The notes: a model not told the origin generated them from the sequence alone. A DNA stretch of 64,000 nt from an uncultured Erysipelotrichaceae bacterium (GCA_902764145.1 CACWUS010000001.1:21678-85677), one strand, 5' to 3'; shown: positions 1-8,889, counted from the first letter of the stretch. Numbers and translations are program-made.

Positions 1-2
1 TA

Positions 3-1484
3 ATGGATGCTATCATAGGAGAATTAGATGATCCAACTGCACAAAAACAAAAATTGTATCATGTTGATTTAACTAATACAGGAAATTTACTCGTATATGG
101 AATTCCTGGATCAGGAAAAGAAAACTTACTTACAACAATGATTACATCATTATGTTTAAATCATACTCCAGAAGAATTAAATATTTATATATTAGATTTT
201 GGAGCTGAAACACTTTCTAAGTTTAAAGACTTTCCTCAAGTAGGAGATGTAGTATTCATAGATGATGAAGAAAGAATAAGTAGTTTATATACATATTTAA
301 CAAAAGAAATTAATAGAAGAAAAACACTATTTACTGATTATTCTGGTTCTTATATAAACTATATAAAAAATAGTGGCAAATCACTTCCAAATATAGTTTG
401 TTTCATACATCAATTTGAAAATATGAATGAAAATTTAAATCCTCTAGCTGAAAAGTTTATAAACTTATTTAAAGAAGGAACAAAATTTGGAATAAACTTT
501 GTAATAACAAATTCACTTATCACTGGAATAAGACTTAAAACAATACAATTATTCCCTAATAAATTAGCACTTAAATTAAATGATAATTCAGATTATAGAT
601 ATGTAGTTGACGCACCAAGAGATTTAATACCAGCCAATCATTTTGGAAGAGGTATCGCAAAACTAGAAAAACCATTAGAATTTCAAACAGCTTATATCTC
701 AAAACCAGATGACATAAATATAACTATTCAGACAATGGTTAATGATTATAAAAAATTAAAGCTTAAAAAAGCACCAAGAATTCCTAGTATGCCAGACTTC
801 TTACTTGTAGATCAATTTATAAATGAAAAATATGATTTAACCAATATACCAATAGGTATTTCTAAAAACAAATTATCTATTTGCACATATGATTTTTCAG
901 TTAATTATACTCCAATACTTACAAATGACTTAAAAGCAAATATGCATTTCATATATGCACTAATTGAATTATTAAAACAAATACCAAATACAAAAATAAG
1001 AATAATAGATGTACTAAAATTATATGAAAATTATCAAGGAATAAAAGTATATAACGAAGACTTTGATACAATAATTAAACAAATCAGAATAGAAGCACTC
1101 GATGATTTAAAAAATGATTACAACAATTTATTCATAATAATTGGATTAGGAGCATTTAAAAATAATGTTCCTGATAAAACACAAAGAACATTCAATTTTG
1201 TATTTGAAGACATTAAAAAATATACAAAAAATAGATTTATTATTTATGATGATTACAATTCTTATAAGAGTTTAGAAGTAGAACCTTGGTTTGTTAAAAA
1301 TATAGACAAATCTACAGGTATATGGTTAGGTGAAAATGCTACTAATCAATTATCAATAAAAATGCCTAACTTATCTCTAGAAGAAAGAAAAATGGTATTT
1401 AGTCAAATCGGTTACATAGTAAAAAATAGCTCACATACAATAATTAGATATGTAGTAGATAAGGAGTTCGATGATGAAAAATAA
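3..1484 (+). CDS. essC: Type VII secretion FtsK/SpoIIIE-family ATPase EssC, C-terminal part (5' end lies outside the window)
   Basis: Walker A GIPGSGKENLL plus a second degenerate P-loop domain. Followed by a YukD-like gene and a WXG100-like gene array. Confidence 0.8.
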   Translation: MDAIIGELDDPTAQKQKLYHVDLTNTGNLLVYGIPGSGKENLLTTMITSLCLNHTPEELNIYILDFGAETLSKFKDFPQVGDVVFIDDEERISSLYTYLTKEINRRKTLFTDYSGSYINYIKNSGKSLPNIVCFIHQFENMNENLNPLAEKFINLFKEGTKFGINFVITNSLITGIRLKTIQLFPNKLALKLNDNSDYRYVVDAPRDLIPANHFGRGIAKLEKPLEFQTAYISKPDDINITIQTMVNDYKKLKLKKAPRIPSMPDFLLVDQFINEKYDLTNIPIGISKNKLSICTYDFSVNYTPILTNDLKANMHFIYALIELLKQIPNTKIRIIDVLKLYENYQGIKVYNEDFDTIIKQIRIEALDDLKNDYNNLFIIIGLGAFKNNVPDKTQRTFNFVFEDIKKYTKNRFIIYDDYNSYKSLEVEPWFVKNIDKSTGIWLGENATNQLSIKMPNLSLEERKMVFSQIGYIVKNSSHTIIRYVVDKEFDDEK

Positions 1485-1728
1485 AGTATTAACAGAAATA
1501 TATGTACCACAACTAGATGAAGAATATGACATATATTTACCATTAAATAAAAACATTGCTAATATTATTGAACTTATTTGTAAAAGCATATCAGAAATAA
1601 AACGTATAGAAAAAATCGATTTTGATAATTATTCATTATATAATAGAGAAACTGGTACAAAATACGCACCAAACAGAATAATAAAAGAAACTGATATAAG
1701 AAATGGATTTAGATTAATAATGATGTAA
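1471..1728 (+). CDS. EsaB/YukD-like ubiquitin-fold T7SS accessory protein
   Basis: 85 aa. YDIYLPLNKNIANIIELI and the C-terminal IRNGFRLIMM resemble S. aureus EsaB (YDLAVPAYLPIKNLIALV ... ADGDILKLL). AAGGAG sits upstream; the start could be 1471 or 1474. Confidence 0.5.
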   Translation: MMKNKVLTEIYVPQLDEEYDIYLPLNKNIANIIELICKSISEIKRIEKIDFDNYSLYNRETGTKYAPNRIIKETDIRNGFRLIMM

Positions 1729-1753
1729 AAAAGACCTAGAAAGGTCTTTTTTT
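1727..1753. terminator. Bidirectional intrinsic terminator between convergent T7SS genes
   Basis: AAAAA-AGACCT-agaa-AGGTCT-TTTTTT. Confidence 0.7.
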
Positions 1754-1782
1754 ATATACAAAAAAAGAATGATAAATCATTC

Positions 1783-2091
1783 TTAATTTACATAAAAATC
1801 CTTAGCAGTTATTTCAGTAGATTCAATTTTAGAAACATCACTACATATATTATCAATAGCATTATTAAAATTATTACTACTATCTTCTATACCATTAATG
1901 ATATTAATACAATCGCCTGCTATATCCTCTACTAAATTTGGAATATTTTTTAAATAACCACCACTATTTAAACTAGGTATATCAAATGAATTAACTATAT
2001 TTTTGGCTTTTCTAACATTAGTAACTGCATTATTAACATTCTTAATAACATTATCTTTTACTTTAGAGGAAACATATAATACATTTGTCAT
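1783..2091 (-). CDS. Small helical protein, last gene of the T7SS substrate-like array
   Basis: 102 aa, N/I/D-rich and helical. Tightly packed with the upstream WXG-like genes. Confidence 0.5.
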   Translation of the reverse strand: MTNVLYVSSKVKDNVIKNVNNAVTNVRKAKNIVNSFDIPSLNSGGYLKNIPNLVEDIAGDCINIINGIEDSSNNFNNAIDNICSDVSKIESTEITAKDFYVN

Positions 2092-2094
2092 AAA

Positions 2095-2367
2095 CTACTT
2101 TTCAGCAGCTGATACAGATTCTATTTCAGAACCAATAGCATATAAAGTATCAACTAATTTAGTTAAAGAATTACCAAAATTAGTATACTTAACCTTATCT
2201 ACAGTTGCTTTTTCTTTATATAAACTTGCTGCCTCTCCTTCCCATCCACTAGTATTTATCACATTATCAAAGAAAGTTTCAACATTGTCATTAACAGCTT
2301 CAACACAAGTACTAAAATTACTAACTAATTCATTATACTTATTAGTATCAACTTTTAATTTACTCAC
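2095..2367 (-). CDS. WXG100-family protein
   Basis: 90 aa with a central W-E-G (TSGWEGEAASLY) between two predicted helices. Confidence 0.65.
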   Translation of the reverse strand: MSKLKVDTNKYNELVSNFSTCVEAVNDNVETFFDNVINTSGWEGEAASLYKEKATVDKVKYTNFGNSLTKLVDTLYAIGSEIESVSAAEK

Positions 2368-2710
2368 TGCCTTTTTCCCTTTCCTTTCTAATTAAATAAT
2401 CATAGTAACCAATGGATCCATCAATACTAGATATTTTGTTATTAATTTCAGGAATTATAGTATTTTGTATCTTACTAATAATACCATTAATCTTAGTTTT
2501 TTGCTTACTAATGTTATTCTTATCAATACCAGAGCCATCAATAGTAAAACTACTACTAACACCAGTATTTGCTAACTCTAAATCATCACATGGTTTACTA
2601 AGACAAGGAATAAGTGAATTATTTAAAGAAGTCTTTAAATTAACATATCTTGCCCTTTCACCATTTAATGATTCTATTTGCCTATAATAATATAATTCAT
2701 TTTCTGTCAT
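2360..2710 (-). CDS. Small coiled-coil protein in the T7SS array (possible YwqH-like chaperone; uncertain)
   Basis: AGGTGA lies 5 nt before the ATG at 2710; the track start at 2719 is a GTG inside that RBS. Overlaps the next gene by 8 nt. Confidence 0.5.
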   Translation of the reverse strand: MTENELYYYRQIESLNGERARYVNLKTSLNNSLIPCLSKPCDDLELANTGVSSSFTIDGSGIDKNNISKQKTKINGIISKIQNTIIPEINNKISSIDGSIGYYDYLIRKEREKGSE

Positions 2711-2722
2711 TATATTCACCTA

Positions 2723-3064
2723 TTAATTCATTTTATTAATATTAACTAAATCACCTTGATCAGCTGGTGCAGCTTCAACAGCAGAAACACCAATAGCTGC
2801 TTGTTGAGATTCATATGCAGCTTTAACTTCCATCAATTTTTCTTTGAATTCATCAAAGTGTCTTACAATTGAATTTATTTGTGCAGCTGTTTCATCAATA
2901 TAGCCATCTATAGTAGCTATTTGTTGTGCACCATAAACTCCATCACTATATTGAATTTCATAAGTTTTAATTCTATTTAAATAATCTTCTACAGTAGTCA
3001 TATAGCTTTCAATAGCAGCTTGCATGTTTGGTATTTCATCATACTTAATTGCCATTGTATCCAT
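2723..3064 (-). CDS. ESAT-6/WXG100-like protein lacking the Trp (VYG in place of WxG)
   Basis: 113 aa helix-turn-helix hairpin pattern (IKYDEIPNMQAAIESY ... DGVYGAQ). AAGGAGTGA RBS. C-terminus is GDLVNINKMN. Confidence 0.6.
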   Translation of the reverse strand: MDTMAIKYDEIPNMQAAIESYMTTVEDYLNRIKTYEIQYSDGVYGAQQIATIDGYIDETAAQINSIVRHFDEFKEKLMEVKAAYESQQAAIGVSAVEAAPADQGDLVNINKMN

Positions 3065-3095
3065 ACAACATCACTCCTTTCTAATATATTAATTA

Positions 3096-3428
3096 TTATC
3101 CTATTAAGTTTTGTTGGAAAGTTTCCCATTGCTCTATTATGCTTTGAGCTTCCTTGCTAACTGCTTGTCTATAATTTTCAATTTTATCTTTTACATCTTG
3201 TGCATGAGTATGAAATTTTTCTAAATAATTTTGGCAGTCAACACCACTCCATCCAGCTTGTAGTGCAGAATCAACTGATGCGTAATTCATAATAGCATCT
3301 TCAGCCTCTTGAATTACTTGATTAAAATTATCTAATGCTGTTTGAACAGCGCTTTTTGTAATACCAGAAGACCAATCTGCTCCTCCGCCTGCACCAAATC
3401 TTTGAATATTTAATTTAATAGTTGACAT
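3096..3428 (-). CDS. WXG100-like protein with an N-terminal KLNIQRFG leader
   Basis: 110 aa with W-S-G (QAGWSGVD). GGGAGGTGA RBS. N-terminus MSTIKLNIQRFGAGGG. Confidence 0.65.
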   Translation of the reverse strand: MSTIKLNIQRFGAGGGADWSSGITKSAVQTALDNFNQVIQEAEDAIMNYASVDSALQAGWSGVDCQNYLEKFHTHAQDVKDKIENYRQAVSKEAQSIIEQWETFQQNLIG

Positions 3429-3741
3429 TTACAAGTTCACCTCCCTCTTCTTTTGATATTTCACTTATTGATATACTTGATTGTTCTTGTTTGAATGATT
3501 CTAATAACTTTTTAAAATCATCTATATATGTTTGTAAATTACTTAAAAACATATCATACTGATCCTCAAATATAGTATATTTGTTTTTTATAGAATCACC
3601 TATTTCTCCTTCAACACTAGATGATATCTTAGAAATCATACTACTAGCATCATTCAAATTCTTAGATATCAAATCATAACTAGCTTGAATGTTTGAAATA
3701 GATGCGAGCAAGTCACTTTCTCTAATTGTAATATTGTCCAT
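3415..3741 (-). CDS. Small helical T7SS-associated protein (first gene of the array)
   Basis: 108 aa. AGGTGA RBS. C-terminus GGELVNVNY. Overlaps the next gene by 14 nt. Confidence 0.55.
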   Translation of the reverse strand: MDNITIRESDLLASISNIQASYDLISKNLNDASSMISKISSSVEGEIGDSIKNKYTIFEDQYDMFLSNLQTYIDDFKKLLESFKQEQSSISISEISKEEGGELVNVNY

Positions 3742-3820
3742 ACAATCACCTATATCCTTACTTTAAGTGTAATCTAATTTTTTTTATATTACAATATTTT
3801 TTATATTTACTTTACACATA

Positions 3821-3846
3821 AAATAAAAACCATATAAATATGGTTT
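3821..3846 (-). terminator. Intrinsic terminator after htrA
   Basis: AAACCATAT..ATATGGTTT stem followed by TTTTATTTT on the minus strand. Overlaps the stop codon. Confidence 0.6.
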
Positions 3847-4924
3847 ATTCACTTTCACCTAAGGTAATTTTTAATGTTTTATGTTCGGTTCCTCTAATAA
3901 TTTCTATATCAACAGTATCACCTGAATTATATTTAGATAAATAGTATTTTAGTCTAGCTGAATTGCTAACACTATATTCACCTATTTTTACTATTACATC
4001 TCCCTTTACAATTCCAGCTTTACTAGCAGGTCCATTACTTGAAACAGAAAATACTACAACACCTGATATTATAGAGGAATCTATTTTAATACCTTCTCTT
4101 CTTAACATATATGAAGATGTTGCTATATCACCCATACTAATACCTAATAGTGGTCTATTTACTTTTTTACCACTAACTATTTGTTTAGCATAATTCATTG
4201 CTTCTTCAATTGGAATAGCAAATCCAATACCTTCTATTTCAGATTGAACAATCTTCATTGAATTTATACCTATAACTTCTCCACTAACATTACATAATGG
4301 CCCTCCACTATTTCCTGGATTTATAGCTGCATCAGTCTGCATAACATTCATAACCCAATCATTAGTTGTAGAATTGACAGATACCTCTACCATTCTATCT
4401 TTTCCACTTAATATTCCTCTTGTTACTGTACCTGCATAATCAGAACTCATTGGAGATCCAATTGTAAATACAGTGTCTCCTACTTTAGTATTCTCATTAC
4501 TTCCAATTTTGGCCACACTCTTAATATACTTTTTGTCTATTTTTAATATTGCTATATCTGCATACTCATCACTACCAATAACACTACAATCTATGGTTTC
4601 ACCACTCATTAGCATTACTTTAACTTCACTAGCTTTATCAATAACATGATGATTAGTCATAATAAATCCATTTTCATCATAAATAAATCCAGATCCAATA
4701 CCAGCTAATCTAGACTTTTGGTAGTTTTCAACAACCACAACAGAATCATATATATTATCTATTCCATCAGATATACCATTATCATTTACTGTTACGTCTT
4801 TTTGGACTTTAGTAATAATGTTTTTACTTTCAATATCATAATTAGAAATATAATAATACATACAATATGCACCTACACATATTCCAATTAATATTGTTAA
4901 AAAATATATTAATACTTTTTTCAT
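3845..4924 (-). CDS. htrA: Membrane-anchored HtrA/DegP-type serine protease with a PDZ domain
   Basis: Contains GNSGGPL, HHV and DIAIL catalytic-triad context plus a C-terminal PDZ. AGGAGG precedes the ATG at 4924; the track start at 5002 overlaps the upstream gene. Confidence 0.85.
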   Translation of the reverse strand: MKKVLIYFLTILIGICVGAYCMYYYISNYDIESKNIITKVQKDVTVNDNGISDGIDNIYDSVVVVENYQKSRLAGIGSGFIYDENGFIMTNHHVIDKASEVKVMLMSGETIDCSVIGSDEYADIAILKIDKKYIKSVAKIGSNENTKVGDTVFTIGSPMSSDYAGTVTRGILSGKDRMVEVSVNSTTNDWVMNVMQTDAAINPGNSGGPLCNVSGEVIGINSMKIVQSEIEGIGFAIPIEEAMNYAKQIVSGKKVNRPLLGISMGDIATSSYMLRREGIKIDSSIISGVVVFSVSSNGPASKAGIVKGDVIVKIGEYSVSNSARLKYYLSKYNSGDTVDIEIIRGTEHKTLKITLGESE

Positions 4925-4931
4925 AAGCCTC

Positions 4932-5864
4932 CTATGACAAGTAAGATATTTGTTTATAGTTATCTGGGAATCCCATTCTATATAATACTTTTTGAACATC
5001 AATAGATTTTAATTTAGATGATAACCAATCAATTTCATAATCTATTTCATTCATCATCATTTTAAAATCACTATAAGTTAACATATGCTTTAATATTATG
5101 ATTAATGCAAAAATATCATGCTTTCCATAAATATATTCATCATCAACTTTAGGAATATCTAATTCAGCATGGAATTTAGTATCACTAATAGCTTTTTGCG
5201 TTTCATGGTTATATAAAATATCTTCATGAGCACATAAATTCCTATAATTAGACAAAATAGCCAAATAATCTCCAAGTGACTCTGAATCAATATTAGTGTA
5301 ATAAGAAGCAATTTCTTCCTTATCTTCTTGTTTTAATATAGTAAATAATTCTCCCATTAATCCAAAACTTAATACTTTAACACCTACCCAAAGAGGTATA
5401 TATCCATAATTATTAATATAATGACTTGTAGCTGCATGTTGATATCCATTTATTCTAATTTGCCTTTTAAGTTTTCTAATTAAATCATTTATTTGTCTAC
5501 TTTTTTCCTTATTTCTATCAAAATTATCCACATTTAAATAATCTTTTTCTTTATAACCATACTTTTTACTTAAAACATAACTAAATATAGACTTATAGTT
5601 ATTTTCAACAATAAGTAAGTTTTTAAAAATAATATTTCTAAAATATCTATCAAATTTAAAAAGTGAATGTAATTCTTCGAAAGTTGAACCATCAATAAAT
5701 CTTTTAGAACCAGTCACTAAAAAAGGAGATCTATAGCCATTTAAAAAGAAATAGTTTTCTCTTAACAATACTTCTTTTGCACTATCATAATCTTCAATTG
5801 TAAGACCTTTGCTTTTTAAAATGTCCAATTGTTCTTCAATTGTTTTAAAAACCTTTGCTGCCAT
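4932..5864 (-). CDS. Abi_2 (AbiD/AbiF-like) abortive-infection family protein
   Basis: The N-terminus MAAKVFKTIEEQLDILKSKGLTIED..LLRENYFFLNGY is typical of the Abi_2 family. AGGAGAG RBS precedes the ATG at 5864. A possible promoter is TTTTAA-17-TATAAT at 5888-5916. Confidence 0.7.
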   Translation of the reverse strand: MAAKVFKTIEEQLDILKSKGLTIEDYDSAKEVLLRENYFFLNGYRSPFLVTGSKRFIDGSTFEELHSLFKFDRYFRNIIFKNLLIVENNYKSIFSYVLSKKYGYKEKDYLNVDNFDRNKEKSRQINDLIRKLKRQIRINGYQHAATSHYINNYGYIPLWVGVKVLSFGLMGELFTILKQEDKEEIASYYTNIDSESLGDYLAILSNYRNLCAHEDILYNHETQKAISDTKFHAELDIPKVDDEYIYGKHDIFALIIILKHMLTYSDFKMMMNEIDYEIDWLSSKLKSIDVQKVLYRMGFPDNYKQISYLS

Positions 5865-5940
5865 TAGACCCACTCTCCTATGTTAAGATTATATCATTTT
5901 TATATTAATTTTAAAACACATTTTTTGTAATTTAACACAT

Positions 5941-5967
5941 TAAAAAAAGTTCAAAATTGAACTTTTT
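5941..5967 (-). terminator. Intrinsic terminator after the GNAT gene
   Basis: AAAAAGTTCAA..TTGAACTTTTT followed by a T-run on the minus strand. Confidence 0.65.
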
Positions 5968-6532
5968 ATACTCTGACTAATTCCTTAGACTTTCTATGTT
6001 TTAAATAATCTTTTTTAGTTATTTCAACCATATATTCATCATAATACTCACCATTATAATAATATGCTTCTCTAAACTTTCCAGCAACTTTATACCCAGC
6101 CTTTTTAGCTGCTTTCAAAGAAGCTTCATTAAAAGCATATATTCCTGAAAATAAAGTATTAGCATTCAATATTTCAAAAGCAAACTTAGTTACAAGTTCT
6201 AATGCTTCAGTTCCATAGCCTTTTCCTCTATCCTCTTTTTCTCCAATAAAGCCACCAACATGATATCTTTTAGAAACTTGATCCTTTAATTCAAGACCAT
6301 AACTTCCTATCATAGTATCAGAATTTTTGTCAATAATACTAAAATTAAAGTTATCACTTTTAGATTCTCTTTCAATCCATTCCTTTTCAGCTAATTCACT
6401 AAAAAGAAGTTTCATACTACCAAGACCTCTTGATAAAGTTTCATCATTAAGCCATTTTGTATAAATCTTATAATCTTCTATATTCATTGGTGATAAATAT
6501 ATTCTTTTTCCTTCATACTTTTTATAATACAT
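5966..6532 (-). CDS. GNAT N-acetyltransferase (RimJ/RimL-like)
   Basis: Acetyl-CoA motif RGKGYGTEA with the overall GNAT pattern. Confidence 0.8.
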   Translation of the reverse strand: MYYKKYEGKRIYLSPMNIEDYKIYTKWLNDETLSRGLGSMKLLFSELAEKEWIERESKSDNFNFSIIDKNSDTMIGSYGLELKDQVSKRYHVGGFIGEKEDRGKGYGTEALELVTKFAFEILNANTLFSGIYAFNEASLKAAKKAGYKVAGKFREAYYYNGEYYDEYMVEITKKDYLKHRKSKELVRV

Positions 6533-6540
6533 AATTCCTC

Positions 6541-6942
6541 CTATATTTTAACAACTTTTGTATCTATACTATCTCTAAATACATAATATCTTTGATATAA
6601 AAATTCGGTAACTAAATTTAATAACATATTTATTCCTGTAACTAAATAATCATTCCATCCTATACTAGTTAAATAATCACCAAGCAGTGTACTAAGAGGT
6701 GTAAAAATTAAATAGTAAATAAATACTTTAAACATAGCCTTTGGTACATTATTACTAGATTGAAAAGTAAATTTTCTATTTAAAGTAAAATTCCATAAAA
6801 CCGATAAAACCAATGCTATTAAATACCTTGGCCAATAATCTAAATTAGTATTTTCTGTTAATAGTGCAAAACTTCCCATTTCTATCAATCCTGCACTAAT
6901 AGAAAAAAATACAAATTTTAATACCCTAACAAATTCTTTCAT
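6541..6942 (-). CDS. GtrA-family membrane protein
   Basis: 133 aa, four predicted TM segments, and a NFTLNRKFTF motif typical of GtrA-like proteins. Confidence 0.7.
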   Translation of the reverse strand: MKEFVRVLKFVFFSISAGLIEMGSFALLTENTNLDYWPRYLIALVLSVLWNFTLNRKFTFQSSNNVPKAMFKVFIYYLIFTPLSTLLGDYLTSIGWNDYLVTGINMLLNLVTEFLYQRYYVFRDSIDTKVVKI

Positions 6943-6980
6943 ATTGTTTCACCAATACAAGTATACATTATTTTCAAAGC

Positions 6981-7006
6981 AAAAAAAAGTCTAATTTATT
7001 AGACTT
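6981..7006 (-). terminator. Intrinsic terminator
   Basis: AAGTCTAAT..ATTAGACTT followed by a T-run on the minus strand. Confidence 0.6.
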
Positions 7007-7833
7007 CATAAATGTATTTCCTTTTCTTTTTTTCTGCTACAACTAAAATTAATTAGAACATCTTTATCAACATATCCAACATTTTTATATGCTTTGTTTG
7101 ACGGTAAATAATTATAATCTGTATATAAAGAAACATGATAACCACTAGACAATGCTTTATTAGTTAATTGATATATTATATTTGAAGCATAACCCTTTCC
7201 CCTTGCTTCAGGAATAGTATATACACCCGACATTTTAGCATTTCCATCTATAACACTATAATTTGCTTGACAAACTATTTCACCATTATCATTTTTCCAA
7301 ACATAATATGACCCTCCAGCAAGTCTTTTCTCAAAATGCTCTTTTGCTTCACTCATAGATAATTCTCTTACATCAGTTATTTCTCTAGATTCACAATATA
7401 TAAAATTAACTAAAATATCTTCATCATCTTTAGTTGCTAAAGTCATATATCCATCAACTTTTTTAGGAGAAATTGTTTTATCACAAACTAAATATCCCAT
7501 TTCAAAATAATAGTCACTAAGTCCCTCAAAATTATCAGCTACTAACAATTCATATAATTCTCTTTTACAAGTAAATCTTGTATCTCGATCTAATCTATAT
7601 AAATTAATTGCTTCTTCTAATTCATTTAATAATGATTTGTCAAAATTATCTCTTGTCCATATCCAAGTTGGATATATAGTATTACCACGACATAATACAT
7701 AATTTTCTTCATCACTATATAATTCCAATGTATCACTATCTAAATTTTGTAAAATTAATAAAAACTTATATTTATCATTTTGAAATTCATGACTTTTAAA
7801 TATTTTATTATCTGGTTTTATAGCCTTAATCAT
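7006..7833 (-). CDS. GNAT-family acetyltransferase (two-domain, 275 aa)
   Basis: C-terminal GNAT motif ARGKGYASNII. Confidence 0.7.
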   Translation of the reverse strand: MIKAIKPDNKIFKSHEFQNDKYKFLLILQNLDSDTLELYSDEENYVLCRGNTIYPTWIWTRDNFDKSLLNELEEAINLYRLDRDTRFTCKRELYELLVADNFEGLSDYYFEMGYLVCDKTISPKKVDGYMTLATKDDEDILVNFIYCESREITDVRELSMSEAKEHFEKRLAGGSYYVWKNDNGEIVCQANYSVIDGNAKMSGVYTIPEARGKGYASNIIYQLTNKALSSGYHVSLYTDYNYLPSNKAYKNVGYVDKDVLINFSCSRKKEKEIHL

Positions 7834-7888
7834 GATATCACTTCCTTTAATAATTATATCATACTTTAGTAATTTACTTTTTATTAAA

Positions 7889-7914
7889 CAAAAAAATCCG
7901 AATAATCGGATTTT
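7889..7914 (-). terminator. Intrinsic terminator after rpsI
   Basis: AAAAAAA-TCCGA-ataa-TCGGA-TTTT. Confidence 0.7.
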
Positions 7915-7938
7915 ATCTTTAGTACATAGAAATATATA

Positions 7939-8334
7939 TTAACGCTTACTAAATTGTGGTGCTCTACGTGCTTTCTTAAGTCCATATTTCTTTCTTTCCT
8001 TAATTCTAGCATCACGAGTAACCATTCCTGCTTCTTTTAATGCTGGTCTATTTTCTCCATTTGCAAGCATTAAAGCTCTTGTAATACCTAATCTAATAGC
8101 ACCAGTTTGTCCTGAAAAACCTCCACCTTTAACAACAACAGTTACATCGAATTTATCTTTAGAATCAACTAATTCTAAAGGTTGAACTAAATCCATAACT
8201 AATGTTTCATAAGGCATGTAATCTTTAACATCTTTTCCATTTACAGTAATATTTCCTTTTCCAGGAGTTAGTGTTACTTTAGCAACACTTCTTTTTCTTC
8301 TACCTATTGCTGTATATTTAGTTTTTTCTGCCAT
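7939..8334 (-). CDS. rpsI: 30S ribosomal protein S9
   Basis: Full-length match to the S9 pattern ([19 protein letters not shown] ... RAPQFSKR). Confidence 0.95.
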   Translation of the reverse strand: MAEKTKYTAIGRRKRSVAKVTLTPGKGNITVNGKDVKDYMPYETLVMDLVQPLELVDSKDKFDVTVVVKGGGFSGQTGAIRLGITRALMLANGENRPALKEAGMVTRDARIKERKKYGLKKARRAPQFSKR

Positions 8335-8335
8335 A

Positions 8336-8767
8336 TTACTTTACCTCTAATCTTTCTGGTTTTTGAGCTTCATGTTTATGTTCACTTCCTGCATAAACAA
8401 ATAATTGTCTATAGATTTGTCTACCAAGTCTATTCTTAGGAAGCATTCCTTTTACAGCTCTTTCTACCATTTCTACTGGATATTTTTCTCTCATAGTTCT
8501 TGCAGTTCTTTCTCTTAATCCACCTGGATATCCACTATGATTATAATAAATCTTTTTATCTAGTTTGTCCCCAGTTAAATTAACTTTTTCAGCATTAATA
8601 ATAATTACGTTGTCACCACAAGCAACATGTGGAGTATAAGTTGGTTTATGTTTTCCTCTTAATACATAGGCAGCTCTTTCAGCAACTTTACCTAAGTTCT
8701 TACCTTCTGCATCAATAACATACCACTTATGTTCAACGTCTTCTTTCTTTAACATAAATGTTTTCAT
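8336..8767 (-). CDS. rplM: 50S ribosomal protein L13
   Basis: Contains [13 protein letters not shown] and LPKNRLGR. Sits immediately upstream of rpsI. Confidence 0.95.
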   Translation of the reverse strand: MKTFMLKKEDVEHKWYVIDAEGKNLGKVAERAAYVLRGKHKPTYTPHVACGDNVIIINAEKVNLTGDKLDKKIYYNHSGYPGGLRERTARTMREKYPVEMVERAVKGMLPKNRLGRQIYRQLFVYAGSEHKHEAQKPERLEVK

Positions 8768-8860
8768 TATTTTCCCTTCCTAATTTCAATGCCATCGTAT
8801 TTGCAACTACGATATTTCTTTCCCACAGAAACTGCATTTCCATTAAAATGTACCGGGAAT
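8768..8860 (-). promoter_or_regulatory. Candidate rplM 5' leader (possible L13 autoregulatory leader)
   Basis: About 90-nt transcribed leader with hairpin ATCGTA-gttgcaaa-TACGAT between a consensus promoter and the RBS. Not verified against the Rfam L13 leader. Confidence 0.35.
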
Positions 8861-8889
8861 ATTATATAAAAAGTATATTAAATTGTCAA
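8861..8889 (-). promoter_or_regulatory. Sigma-A type promoter of rplM-rpsI
   Basis: Perfect TTGACA-17 nt-TATAAT on the minus strand. Confidence 0.65.

Noticed and set aside
2003-2687. Plus-strand ORFs 2003-2395 (130 aa) and 2412-2687 (91 aa) opposite the WXG-like array
   Set aside because: Their translations are L/S/F/T-rich low-complexity mirror images of the minus-strand genes. They have no SD sequences. The minus-strand ORFs have RBSs, WxG motifs and operon-like packing.
4925-5002. Upstream extensions of track ORFs: htrA to 5002, rpsF to 15839, argS to 17702, mnmE to 42991, typA to 20552, dnaX from 54893, yfcC-like from 11170
   Set aside because: In each case an internal start codon is preceded by a strong SD sequence and gives the conserved N-terminus. 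The extensions overlap neighbouring genes or promoters.
8848-8862. TACCGGGAATAT as an additional Noc-binding half-site
   Set aside because: Only one imperfect half-site is present, with no palindromic partner. It lies in the rplM leader.
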